A stretch of 64,000 nucleotides of DNA from the NCBI RefSeq assembly GCF_046119375.1, contig NW_027362761.1, forward strand, positions 467,976,001 to 468,040,000, given 5' to 3'. This stretch comes from Phyllobates terribilis. Lineage: Eukaryota. A program made the position numbers and the translations under genes. Of this stretch, positions 35,137 through 47,017 are shown in pieces (position 1 is the stretch's first letter; each line of letters opens with the position of its first letter). Under the pieces are notes generated by a model. It saw only the letters and a program-made list of their open reading frames with translations. It was not told where the DNA came from and searched no databases.

Positions 35137-38100
35137 ATGAGTGGAAAAAGGCCTGCTGCTGGTGGAAAGGGGAATAGGCGTGTTGGGAAGGGGAAAAAAG
35201 GTTGTGTCCGTGGAGTAGGTGTTAAAGCAACAGTAACATCTGCAGAAGAAAGACCATCTTCCAGCCAAACTAAAATGTCTACTTCTTTTAGCGGACAATG
35301 TGATAAGATCCCTTTCTTACGGCCACGCCAATCGCTACAAATTCCAGATGAGGCACAAAAACAGCAGGTGCTTCAACGGATATCAAGTGCTCCTTTAAGT
35401 GGGCTCTCCTCCACATCAACTTCAACATCACAAATACTCCAGTCCTCAAAGGTGTCACCCCAATCGCACTTGCTTCCTCACAGCTCCCAAATCTCCAGCT
35501 GCCCGTCTGAGTATGAGGTAGAACAGATGGTTGAGTCTGCAGAGCTGTTTACTCATACTATAGCCTGGGAATCAGAGGTCGACTCCAGCGCTTCTGTGAA
35601 TCCAGACGAGGAAATGATCTGCACTGATGCCCAGAATCTTTATGAGTCGGATCCAGGACCAGACGCAGAAGGTTCTGACCATAATGTAGACCCTCATTCC
35701 CAAACTGTAACTCCTGTTGGTGGAGACAATGAGGAAGACGATGATGATACTCAAATACCTGATTGGAGCGACAACTTTAGTTTTTTGTCAGGGCAGGAAC
35801 AGGTTGGCTCTGAGGACGACGGGTGTGATAACGCACAGGGTGATGATGATGAGGTTGGAGATCCCACTTACTGTCAACCCACAGTCAGCCAAGAGATGAG
35901 GTCAGCAGAGGAGGTGGAGGAAGATGCTAGTGACGACGAGGTCAGGTTGCGCCTTCCTGGACAGAGACGTAGTACTGGAAGCACGTCAACAACTGCATCC
36001 TCAAACACAACTCTGCCTCTCACCACAAGTCGTGGTGGCTCTTCAGGTCGCATGGGTGCTAAGCCTTGCATAGCCTGGGCATTTTTTCAGATCGATAAAG
36101 ATGACCCAACTCGTGTTATCTGTAACATTTGTCAGCAAAAGCTAAGTAGAGGCCAAAAAATACATAGTTTGAGTACTTCATGCATGAACCGGCACATGGA
36201 CATGAAGCATAAGTTGCAGTGGGAAGCTCAGTGTGCTACAATGCGGCCTAGCTGGCCGGGCCAACCACCGTCTGCCATATCTTGTGCATCCGCGGCCTCT
36301 TCATCCTCTGTGACTGGGGGACAGCAGTCACACCTGTTTTGGGGCGCAGACCTGCCACCTCTTTACCCGCAACAGCCAGCGTGATTGGCAGGTCATCATT
36401 TTCTTTGGAGGTGGTAACACCACCTGGTGTTGAGCGCTGTCTGACATCGATAGAACCATCTTTGGATCAAGGCAACCTAACATGTCCGCCTGCATCTTCC
36501 TCACAGACCGGCAGTTTGCCGGGGACACCCTTATCAACCCCGTCTAAGCACAATAGCCAGCCCTCGGTCCCTCAGATGTGGACAAGTAAAAGACCATTTC
36601 CTCCTAGCCATGAGAAAGCTAAGAGGTTGAATTTCACCATCTGCAAGCTCTTGGCTACAGAAATGCTGCCTTTCCGCCTGGTGGACACAGAGGATTTTCG
36701 AGACCTTATGTCCGTCGCAGTGCCCCAGTACCAGATGCCCAGTCGGCACTACTTCTCAAAGAAAGGTGTGCCTGCGCTCCACCAGCATGTCGCACCCAAC
36801 ATCACCGCTTCTTTGAGAAACTCTGTGTGTGACAGGGTGCATTTCACCACAGACACTTGGACGAGTAGGGATGGACAGGGGCGTTACATGTCGCTGACTG
36901 GGCACTGGGTAACTATGGTGACAGCAGGACAAGGGGCTGCTGTCCAAGTCTTGCCGTCCCCACGAGTTGTGCGTCAATCCTCTTTATCTCAAAGTTCCTC
37001 CACTGCTTCTGCCTCCTCAACCTCCTCTCGGTCTTCCACCTGCACCCAAAGCCTGTCTGGTCATGCCACAAGCTTTCTAACTGCGCAGAAGGGATCCTGC
37101 ACACCTCCTTACTATGCTGGCAGTAGGGCTCAACGTCATCAGGCGGTTTTTACTTTGAAATGTCTGGGAAATGTGAGTCACACAGCTGAGGAGTTGTGGT
37201 GAGCTCTGGAGAACCAATTTCATGAATGGTTGTCTCCACTGGACCTGAAACCAGGGAAGGCCGTGTGCGACAATGCTGCAAACCTGGGTGCGGCCCTTCG
37301 CCGGGGCAATGTCACACACATGCCTTGTATGGCTCACTATCCCAGACTAGATGGCCTTCTGCAGAGTGCACGGTCGCTGTGTGCTCACTTCCGCCGTTCG
37401 CATCCCGCAGCTCAGCGACTTACATCTCTACAGAAGTCGTTGGGCCTGCCACTTCACCGGCTAAAATGCAATGTGCCTACCCGGTGGAATTTAACTCTGC
37501 ACATGTTGCAGCGACTGTGGCAGCACCGACAAGCCCTGGTGCAATACGTTCTGACGTATAGCCTGGGCCAACGAGATCCAGACGTGGGGCAAATCACGCT
37601 GGAGGAGTGGTCTCAGATCAGGGACCTATGCACCCTTCTGCACAGTTTTGAAATGGCGACGAAGATGTTTAGTGCTGACGATGCCATTATCAGCATGACT
37701 ATTCCGGTGATTTACATGCTGGAGCACATGTTAAACAGAATTCGGAGTCAGGTGGTGGCACAAGAGGAGGTGGAGGAAGTAGAGGAGGAGTTGTATGCGG
37801 AAGGGCTAACATCTGCAAGATCCAGACGGTCGGCAGCACCAAGGCGGCAGGCATGTGAGGTTGGGGGAGATGGTTTTACCAGGGCGCATGGTAGCAGCCA
37901 AACTAGTGAGGAAGGTGCAGGAGCCCAGGAAGAAGTGGAGGACGAACTGATGGAAGACTCATCAGATGAGGGAGACCTTGATCACATTTCTGTTGTGCGA
38001 GGTTGGGGGGAGAGGACAGAGGAAGGAAGCATGATTGTTACCTCGCCACCAACACAACACGGACTTGGTGCTCCTGGATGCGCAACACACATGAGTGCCT

Positions 38101-38798
38101 TCTTGCTGCACTACCTGCAACATGACCCTCGAATTGGGAGAATTAGAAATAATCCTGACTACTATGTTGCCACACTGTTAGATCCCCGGTACAAAAGTAA
38201 ATTTGCAGAAATTATTCCTGCCATAGAAAGGGATGCACGCATGCAGGAGTATCAGCAGAGACTGTTGCAGAATCTTACATGTGCTTTTCCACAAAACACC
38301 AGTGGTGCACGTAGTGAATCTCACAGTTCCAACTTGCCAACCGTGGGACCGTCAAGTGTTCAGCACTCAAACCATAACAGAACCACAGTATCTGCTGGTA
38401 ACATCAATTTTGCGCAATCATTTCACCACTTTTTTAGCCCATCCTTTGCAAGGCCACAGGAGACAAGAAGTCTGACACATAGTCAACACCTAGAGACGAT
38501 GGTACAGGAGTATCTCCAAGTAAACATTGAAGCCATGACTGTGTCACTGGACCCTTGCTCTTTTTGGGCTTCCAATCTGGATAAATGGCCGGAGCTAGCC
38601 ACTTACGCCATGGAGATCTTGTCATGCCCCGCAGACAGCGTTCTGTCTGAACGTGTGTTCAACACTGCTGGTGGTGTGCTGACAGATAAGCGCACGCGGC
38701 TCTCCACTGATAATGTAGACAGACTCACGTTCATAAAGATGAACAAATCATGGATCCGAAACGACTTTTCTACCCCTGTGTCATCCTGGGGAGAGTAA
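35137..38798 (+). pseudogene. hAT transposase, copy A (disrupted)
   Basis: Collinear with the copy B ORF, but with G5 instead of G6 at ~36316 (frameshift), TGA at 37200-37202 and a 36-bp deletion after CMAH. Confidence 0.95.
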
Positions 38799-38829
38799 AA
38801 GATGGATGATTGGTTAAAATCACCCTACC

Positions 38830-39118
38830 AACCGTTTTAAGCATTCAAATTACTAATCATGTTTATCTGTATCTTGGCTGGAAAATAATTTGGGCTTTGT
38901 AGCAGTGTGCAGCACTGATTCTATTAGGCCATCTATAATAAGCTCCACCAGATTTAAAATTACTAATCATGTTTATCTGTATCTTGGCTGGAAAATAATT
39001 TGGGCTTTGTAGCAGTGTGCAGCACTGATCCTATTAGGCCATCTATACTAAGCTCCACCAGATTTAAAATTAATAATAATTTTTAGCTGCATCTAGCCCG
39101 GAAAATAATTTTGGGGCT
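38830..39118. repeat. Diverged 110-bp monomers 3' of the transposase
   Basis: About 2.6 units related to the 5' satellite (TAGCAGTGTG, CTATTAGGCCATCTATA, GCATCTAGC). Copy B (48500-48680) has one unit fewer. Confidence 0.8.
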
Positions 39119-39231
39119 CCGAGATGCGCAAGACACATAAGTGCCTTCTTGCTGCACTACCTGCAACATGACCCTCATATTGTCAGAATTCGAAGTAATC
39201 ATGACTACTGGGTTGCCACACTCTTAGATCC

Positions 39232-40607
39232 GCCAAACTTTTCGATCAACCTTTTCATTTTAATAAAGACCAAAAAAATGGTCATTTTTGAAATTATAAG
39301 CATTAGCAGGTTATTAGAAACTGAAGTCAAACAGTTTTCAACTCAAAACTTTATTCTAGGTGATGTAACATTTTCACATAGGACCCCTTGTTCGAAAGGA
39401 GCTTCTGAACTCTCTCGTCCATTGAATTTGTCAGGTTTTGGATGGTTTTTGCTTCAATTGTTTTGCATGAGGACAGAATACCCTCCCAGAGCTGTTGCTT
39501 AGATGTGAACTGCCTCCCGCCATCATAGACACTCCTTTTGATGATACTCCAGAGGTTCTGAATGGGGTAGAGGTCAGGGGAGCATGGGGGTCACACCATA
39601 AGTTTGTCCCCTTTTATGCCGATATCAGCCAGAGATGCAGATGTTTTATGTGCAGCATGAGATGGTGCATTATCATGCAAAAAATTGATCTTGCTGTGAA
39701 TTACACGGTTCTTCTTCTTGAACCATGGCAGGAAGTGCTGTTTGAGAAAATCCACATACTTTATGGAGTTCATCTTTAGCGCCTTCAGGGATCCTAAAGG
39801 GGCCGACAATCTCTCTCCCCATGATTCCAGCCCAAAACATTACTCCACCTCCTCCTTGTTGGCGCTGTAGCCGTGTTTGCGTGGGGTGTCCATCAACCAG
39901 CCATCCTCCACTCCATCCATCTGGACTATCGAGCGCTGCACGGCACTCATCCGTGAACAAAACAGTTTTGAAATCAGTCTTCATGTAATGTTTGGCCCAC
40001 TGGAGCCGTTTCTGCTTGTGTGAAGTGGATAGAGGAGGTCGACAGGATGGCGTATGCACAGCTGTAAACCTCTGAAGGACCCTGCATCTTGTTGTTCGGG
40101 GGATGTTGGAGGCACCAGCAGCTTCAAAAACTTGTCTGCTGCTATGACAAGGCTTTTTTGCCGCTGCTCTTTTAACCTGACGTAATTGCTTGTAGGAAAG
40201 AGTCCTCAATTTGCCCTTATCAGCACGCACACGTGTGTACTGTGAATCAGCTACATACTTCTTGATTGCCAAGACACTTCATCCTGATCATCGCACAATG
40301 TTGATTGTAGTCATGCCTTGACCTAAACACTCCACAATTTGTTGCTTCTCAGCAGCCGACACATCCTTTTTCTTTCCCATTTTGGCAGAAAATGTAGGCT
40401 GCTTAATAATGTGAGACAGCCTTCTTAAGTAGTCGTGCCTTTCATTGGACACACCTGCCAAACTAATTAGCACAGGTGTCTGCAATTGCTTACAGTGATA
40501 TAAAGAGCCCTGACACACATCACCATCAATGAGTTTAACTGACAAACAAACAAATTCTTCCCTTATCACTCCTAAACACTTTTTGCATAATAATTTGGAA
40601 CACAGTG
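39232..40607 (-). mobile_element. Cargo Tc1-like DD37E element in copy A, one TIR lost
   Basis: TIR CACTGTGTTCCAAATTATTATGCAA at a TA (40608-40609); MGKKKDVS, FTDECR, HDNAPSH with D-37-(E/Q) spacing; other end truncated. Confidence 0.88.
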
Positions 40608-40689
40608 TACATGTGCTTTTCCACAAAACACCAGTGGTTTACGTAGTGAATCTTACAGTTCTAACTTGCAACCGTGGTCTGTATGGAGT

Positions 40690-41250
40690 TGTTCAATAAA
40701 GGGCCCAAAATTAAGATAACATAGATGGGAGAGGTCTCTATGAATAGGAATTCCTAAGTATTTGATACCCTGTGAGGGCCAGGCAAAGGGAAAGTTGGAC
40801 TGGATGGAATCCTATATGGATTTGGGGAGGGAGACATCGAGGGCCTCAGACTTCGCTGCATTGATTTTAAAATTTGACCATGTAACAAAGTGATCTATTT
40901 CAGCCATAACAGCATGGATGGATATATGTGATTGAGTGATATATACTAGGACATCATCAGCAAATAGAGAGCACTTGTACTCTGTGCCTCCCACCTCAAT
41001 CCACCTAATATTGGGGTTATGGCGAATTGATGAGAGCAGGTGCTCCGTCACTAGGATGTATAAGAGAGGGCACAGAGAACATCGCTGCCTTGTCCCATTG
41101 GTGATTGTGAAAGGTGATGAAAATGTTCTGACGCGCCCCCTGGGCCTTGGGACACCCAGAGCCGGACCCTTTTTGGTGGATGCTGGTGGTTGTAGTCTCC
41201 GTGGCGGCGACCCGGTTCCGTGGCTCAGGGCGGTCAAACCAGTGGCGGAA
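40690..41250 (-). pseudogene. Cargo L1/Tx1-type reverse transcriptase fragment in copy A
   Basis: FSSPFTITNGTRQRCSLCPLLY...SLFADDVLVY...FKINAAKSE; the B copy reads GTRQGCPLSPLLY. Confidence 0.88.
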
Positions 41251-41257
41251 CTATTTA

Positions 41258-42341
41258 TGTGGTTTTGATGTTTAAATGTCCGACAACGCCACCCGTGGAT
41301 TGTGGTCAGAGTGAACCGCCGTTCCAGGGCAGACCGCTGAGGCTGGTGTTGTGGGTGCAGCAGAGCGTAGCATAACTCCCCACGGGAGGAGTATAGCCTC
41401 AGGGCAGTGTATGCGGAGGATGGGGGTGATGGTGCAGGGCAGCAGCAGTAACGACACGGAGTCAGTGATGCAGTCCAGGGCCTTTACTCACAGTTCTTAT
41501 TATCCAGACCACGTCTGCAGGTAACGGCTGCCCACGTCGTACTGTGCTCACCAGGTGAGGGCTCAGACAACTCCCAGATAACTTTGGAGCGCTTCACAGG
41601 ACCCCCTTTGTGTGTCCTTTGTCTGGCCTTTCTTACCAACCCTTCTGTCCGGCTGCCTCGGGCCTCCTCTTGGTAAACTTGGCGCCAGTTTCCCTGACCC
41701 TATGTGGTGCCTTCCTAGCGGGTGTAGCGAGGGGCTGCGCCACATAAAATGTCACAGCCTCCGGTTTCTAGCTGAGGGTCGTTTCCTGCCTCCACTAGTT
41801 TCGGGGACCGGTCTCCCCCTTTTGCCTGACCCCTCCACGCAGGTGGATTCGGGCGTGCGGTGGCGACTCGCCCGTCCGCACCCCTGGGATCCCTTCATTC
41901 CTCATTCCTGGAGCCTTCTCCGCTCCTCTTCCTTCCTTCTCCCTCTTCCAGGCCTGGGCCTCTGTTACTAGGCCCGCCTCCGGAGCAGAGCTCATGCAGA
42001 GCCCCTGCTCCCTGCCACTTCTGCTCAGACTTCTCTGCACTGAACTAAGATGGTGCCCACCTTTTATACTCCCTTCTCAATGCACCCAGGAACTTCTTCC
42101 TCCCTGCTCCTGCACTACAGGGTTCCCCTTCCTCAGTGTTCCCTCCCCCCACTCCAGCCAGGGACAGGGACTGTCGTGCCCATCTCAGGGGCATATTGGT
42201 CGCCCTGCCCCACGGCAATGTGGTGTAATGCATGCAGGTGTCGGGTCCTGATCCACACTCCATCCTTACCTGAGAGTGAGATATCACACCTCTGGGTGAG
42301 GTGCAATACCTCTGTAGCAACCGAGCCCTCAGGGTGCTACA
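41258..42341 (-). mobile_element. Cargo LTR-like segment (possible solo LTR) in copy A
   Basis: TGT...ACA termini, internal TATAAAAGG on the minus strand, no ORF homology. No TSD found and the left boundary is uncertain. Confidence 0.45.
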
Positions 42342-42616
42342 GTTCCATTTATCTTCAGCCTAGGTGACGTATTGCGATACAGGGCCGTGATTTTGGCTAT
42401 AAAAGGGTCCCCAAGACCCCTACCCAAAGCTTTTTAAGAGAATCATATATGGCGTGCCAGGAGACTCTATGGAATGCTTTCTCAGCATCCAACGAGAGTA
42501 TCTAATTACAAATTTTTAACTGCATCTAGCCCAGGAAATACTTTGTGCCTAGTAGCAGTGTCTGCTAGTCAGCGGATTATCCCGGCTGTTAAGCAAGCTA
42601 CACCACCTGTAGTTTT

Positions 42617-42883
42617 GACACTTAATTTTTTCAAAGGAAATGCTTCGGGACCACGGGATACTCAGTGAAGAGCATCAGGAGGCACCCCAAGGCATAGGGG
42701 CTGGGACTGGCAGTAGGATGCCTTGCGGTGGACAGCCGAGCTCGATCCTTATAAAAGCTTTTTAACTGCAGCAGCTTTAGTGGACGCTACTGGAGCTGGA
42801 ATTACGCGGCTGCTGGCATGAGACTTGCCCTCCAATAGATCCTTGTAAATGGATTTAAAGTGTATTCATTCAAATTTGAGAGA
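42617..42883 (-). pseudogene. Decayed 18S rRNA gene fragment (helix 18 / V4 region) in copy A
   Basis: Reverse complement reads TTGGAGGGCAAGTCTCATGCCAGCAGCCGCGTAATTCCAGCTCCA...TGCAGTTAAAAAGCT...CCCGAAGCATTTCCTTTGAAAAAATT, collinear with vertebrate 18S as I recall it. Confidence 0.9.
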
Positions 42884-44743
42884 CAATTTAAATTAAAAAG
42901 CTTAGAGCTGCCTCCACCACAGGGGGGCTCGCTCGACCCACCCGCGGACAGGCACCAGTATTGGGAGAGCGGGGCTGGCCGTCAGGGTTCACCGCGGCTC
43001 TGGCACAAACCCGGCGACACGAGGTGGCACGGGCAGGAGCGGACTGAACGTGTCGGCTTCTCACTTTTTGTATTTTAGAAGGGCATGACATGCCTATATC
43101 TGTGTCTCCCCCTCCTTTTACTCCTCCACCTCTTTTCTTTTCGCATGACTATATGTACTTGTCACTTTTCCATGTGTTTGTTGTTGGGTCTTCAGAGCAG
43201 TTTGTCAGCTTTTGGACACCTTTGAAGGTGTTTTCTATGTGTTTCTATGTGTTTTTGTTTGCCTGCCATTGGTTTTAACGGTGTTCGAAGGTGTTCGACG
43301 AACAGTTCGACGAACAGTTCGGCGAACACACGGGTGTTCGACGAACCGAACCGAACTCGAACACTACGGGGGTGGCTCAACACTACTCCTAAGATAGCCA
43401 AATCTAAAAAAAAAAACACTCCAACTACCAAAAATATTAAGCTTGGATATTTATGAGTCTTTTGGGTTGATTGAGAACATAGTTGTTGATCAATAATAAA
43501 AATAATCCTCTAAAATACAACTTGCCTAATAATTCTGCACACAGTATATATGCAAATCTTTTGGCAGCCGGTTTTCTTTAATGAAATATAACCATACCTA
43601 TATTCAATTTTTTTGGGGGTTAAAATAAAGGTCTTGCATGATGACAACTATATGCACTTTCAATTCATCACAAGAGAAATGGCATCACAACAACCAGACA
43701 GAAGTATCACATTTTTTAAAAATTTTTTTAAAAAGTTTACATACATTTCATTAGTATTTGGTACCACTGCCCTTAAACTGAATAACTTGGGTCAAACATG
43801 TGGGATATCCTTCCACAAGCTTCTCACAACAGTTGGTCAGAATTTGGGCCCATTCCTCCTGACAAAACTGGTGTAACTGATCCAGGTTTGTAGGTCACCT
43901 TGATCGCACCTGCCTTTTCATCTTTGCCCATAAATTTTCAATAGGATTGAGATCAGTACTTTGTGATGGCCACTCCACAAAATTGACTTTGTTATCCTTA
44001 AGCCACTTTCTTGCCATTTTGGCAGTATGCTTCGGGTTATTGTGCATTTGGAAGACTCATTTCTGCCCAAGATATAACTTCCTGGCTGATGTCTTGAGAT
44101 GTTGCTTCAGTATTGCCGCATAATCTTCTTTTCTCGTGATGCCATCTATTTTATGAAGTACACCAGTCCATCCTGCAGCAAAACAACCCCACAACATGAT
44201 GCTGCCACCCCCGTGTTTCACAGTTAGGATGGTGCTCTTAAGTAGTGTTGAGCCACCCCCGTAGTGTTCGAGTTCGGTTCGGTTCGTCGAACACCCGTGT
44301 GTTCGCCGAACTGTTCGTCGAACTGTTCGTCGAACACCTTCGAACACCGTTAAAACCAATGGCAGGCAAACAAAAACACATAGAAACACATAGAAAACAC
44401 CTTCAAAGGTGTCCAAAAGCTGACAAACTGCTCAGAAGACACAACTAACACATGGAAAAGTGACAAGTACATATAGTCATGCGAAAAGAAAAGAGGTGGA
44501 GGAGTAAAAGGAGGGGGAGACACAGATATAGGCATGTCATGCCCTTCTAAAATCCAAAAAGTGAGAAGCCGAGACGGCCAGTCCGCTCCTCCCCGTGCCA
44601 CCTCCGTGTCGCCGGGTTTGTGCCAGAGCCGCGGTGAACCCTGACGGCCAGCCCCCCTCTCCCAATACTGGTGCCTGTCCGCTGGTGGGTCGAGAGAGCC
44701 CCCCTGTGGTGGAGGCAGCTCTAAGCTTTTTAATTTAAATTGT

Positions 44744-45009
44744 CCCTCTAATTTAAATGAATACACTTTAAATCCATTTACAAGGATCTATTGGAGGGCA
44801 AGTCTCATGCCAGCAGCCGCGTAATTCCAGCTCCAGTAGCGTCCACTAAAGCTGCTGCAGTTAAAAAGCTTTTATAAGGATCGAGCTCGGCTGTCCACCG
44901 CAAGGCATCCTAGTGCCAGTCCCAGCCCCTATGCCTTGGGGTGCCTCCTGATGCTCTTCACTAAGTATCCCGTGGTCCCGAAGCATTTCCTTTGAAAAAA
45001 TTAAGTGTC
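44744..45009 (+). pseudogene. Decayed 18S rRNA gene fragment in copy B
   Basis: CACTTTAAATCC...TTGGAGGGCAAGTCT...GCCAGCAGCCGCGTAATTCCAGCTCC...GATGCTCTT...TTTGAAAAAATTAAGTGTC. Confidence 0.9.
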
Positions 45010-45284
45010 CAATCTACAGGTGGTGTAGCTTGCTTAACAGCCGGGATAATCCGCTGACTAGCAGACACTGCTACTAGGCACAAAGTATTTCCTGGGCTAG
45101 ATGCAGTTAAAAATTTGTAAGTAGATACTCTCGTTGGATGCTGAGAAAGCATTCCATAGAGTCTCCTGGCACGCCATATATGATTCTCTTAAAAAGCTTG
45201 GGGTAGGGGTCTAGGGGACCCTTTTATAGCCAAAATCACGGCCCTGTATCACAATACGTCACCTAGGCTGAAGATAAATGGAAC

Positions 45285-46366
45285 TGTAGCACCGAGGGCT
45301 CGGTAGCTACAGACGTATTGCACCTCACCCAGAGGTGTGATATCTCACTCTCAGATAAGGATGGAGTGTGGATCAGGACCCGACACCTGCATGCATTACA
45401 CCACATTGCCGTGGGGCAGGGCGACCAATATGCCCCTGAGATGGGCACGACAGTCCCTGTCCCTGGCTGGAGTGGGGGGAGGGAACACTGAGGAAGGGGA
45501 ACCCTGCAGTGCAGGAGCAGGGAGGAAGCAGTTCCTGGGTGCATTGAGAAGGGAGTATAAAAGGTGGGCACCATCTTAGTTCAGTGCAGAGAAGTCTGAG
45601 CAGAAGTGGCAGGGAGCAGGGGCTCTGCATGAGCTCTGCTCCGGAGGCGGGCCTAGTAACAGAGGCCCAGGCCTGCAAGAGGGAGAAGGAAGGAAGAGGA
45701 GCGGAGAAGGCTCCAGGAACGAGGAATGAAGGGATCCCAGGGGTGCGGACGGGCGAGTCGCCACCGCACGCCCGAATCCACCTGCGTGGAGGGGTCAGGC
45801 CAAAGGGGGAGACCGGTCCCCGAACTAGTGGAGGCAGGAAACGACCCTCAGCTAGAAACCGGAGGCTCTGACATTTTATGTGGCGCAGCCCCTTGCTCCA
45901 CCCGCTAGGAAGGCACCACATAGGGTCAGGGAAACTGTCGCCAAGTTTACCAAGAGGAGGCCCGAGGCAGCCGGACAGAAGTGTTGGTAAGAAAGACCAG
46001 ACAAAGGACACACAAAGGGGGTCCTGTGAAGCGCTCCAAAGTTATCTGGGAGTTGTCTGAGCCCCTCACCTGGTGAGCACAGTACGACGTGGGCAGCCGT
46101 TACCTGCAGACGTGGTCTGGATAATAAGAACTGTGAGTAAAGGCCCTGAACTGCATCACTGACTCCGTGTCGTTACTGCTGCTGCCCTGCACCATCACCC
46201 CCATCCTCCGCATACACTGCCCTGAGGCTATACTCCTCCCGTGGGGAGTTATGCTACGCTCTGCTGCACCCACAGCACCAGCCTTAGCGGTCTGCCCTGT
46301 AGCGGCGGTTCACTCTGACCGCAATCCACGGGTGGCGTAGTCAGACATTTAAACATCAAAACCACA
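45285..46366 (+). mobile_element. Cargo LTR-like segment in copy B
   Basis: Reverse-complement homolog of 41258-42341. Confidence 0.45.
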
Positions 46367-46374
46367 TAAATAGT

Positions 46375-46930
46375 TCCGCCACTGGTTTGACCGCCCTGAG
46401 CCACGGAACCGGATCGCCGCCACGAAGACTACAACCACCAGCATCCACCAAAAAGGGTCCGGCTCCGGGTGTCCCAAGGCCCAGGGGGTGCGTCAGAACA
46501 TTTTCATCACCTTTCACAATCACCAATGGGACAAGGCAGGGATGTCCTCTGTCCCCTCTCTTATACATCCTAGTGACGGAGCACCTGCTCTCATCAATTC
46601 GCCATAACCCCAATATTAGGTGGATTGAGGTGGGAGGCACCGAGTACAAGTGCTCTCTATTTGCTGATGATGTCCTAGTATATATCACTCAATCACATAT
46701 ATCCATCCCTGCTGTTATGGCTGAAATAGATCACTTTGTTACATGGTAAAATTTTAAAATCAATGCAGCGAAGTCTGAGGCCCTCGATGTCTCCCTCCCT
46801 AAATCCATATAGGATTCCATCCAGTCCAACTTTCTCTTTGCCTGGCCCTCACAGGGTATCAAATACTTAGGAATTCCTATTCATAGAGACCTCTCCCATC
46901 TATGTTATCTTAATTTTGGGCCCTTTATTG
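46375..46930 (+). pseudogene. Cargo L1/Tx1-type RT fragment in copy B
   Basis: ORF 46387-46749: GTRQGCPLSPLLY...LFADDVLVY. Confidence 0.88.
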
Positions 46931-47017
46931 AACAATTCCATACAGACCACGGTTGGCAAGTTAGAACTGTAAGATTCACTACGTGAACCACTGGTGTTTT
47001 GTGGAAAAGCACATGTA

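Larger units (their letters stand above)
29884..43385 (+). mobile_element. Giant hAT transposon, copy A (13,502 bp)
   Basis: TIRs TAGAGATGAGC and TAGTGTTGAGC; exact 8-bp TSD CTCCTAAG (29876-29883 and 43386-43393); GTTCG/CGAAC subterminal clusters; hAT transposase. Confidence 0.95.
28476..43544 (+). mobile_element. Tc1-like DD37E (TRT-type) element, interrupted by hAT copy A
   Basis: TIRs CTGTGTGCAGAATTATTAGGCAA (28476) and TTGCCTAATAATTCTGCACACAG (ends 43544), both flanked by TA. The 3' end is split at the duplicated CTCCTAAG. Confidence 0.9.

Noticed and set aside
37670-37842. The 171-bp difference between A and B as precise intron loss
   Set aside because: Removing GT...AG would delete 172 nt and not give B's TTTAGGCGG junction; an AG-microhomology deletion fits.
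42617-42883. Functional rDNA unit
   Set aside because: Only ~270 bp, decayed even within helix 18, with no flanking 18S, 5.8S or 28S sequence.
42890-43070. GC-rich segment as rDNA ETS/IGS
   Set aside because: No match I can recognise; left unassigned.
43090-44766. Short ORFs around the inner hAT ends as genes
   Set aside because: They are read-throughs of TIR/subterminal repeats and Tc1 junctions, mirrored in both copies.
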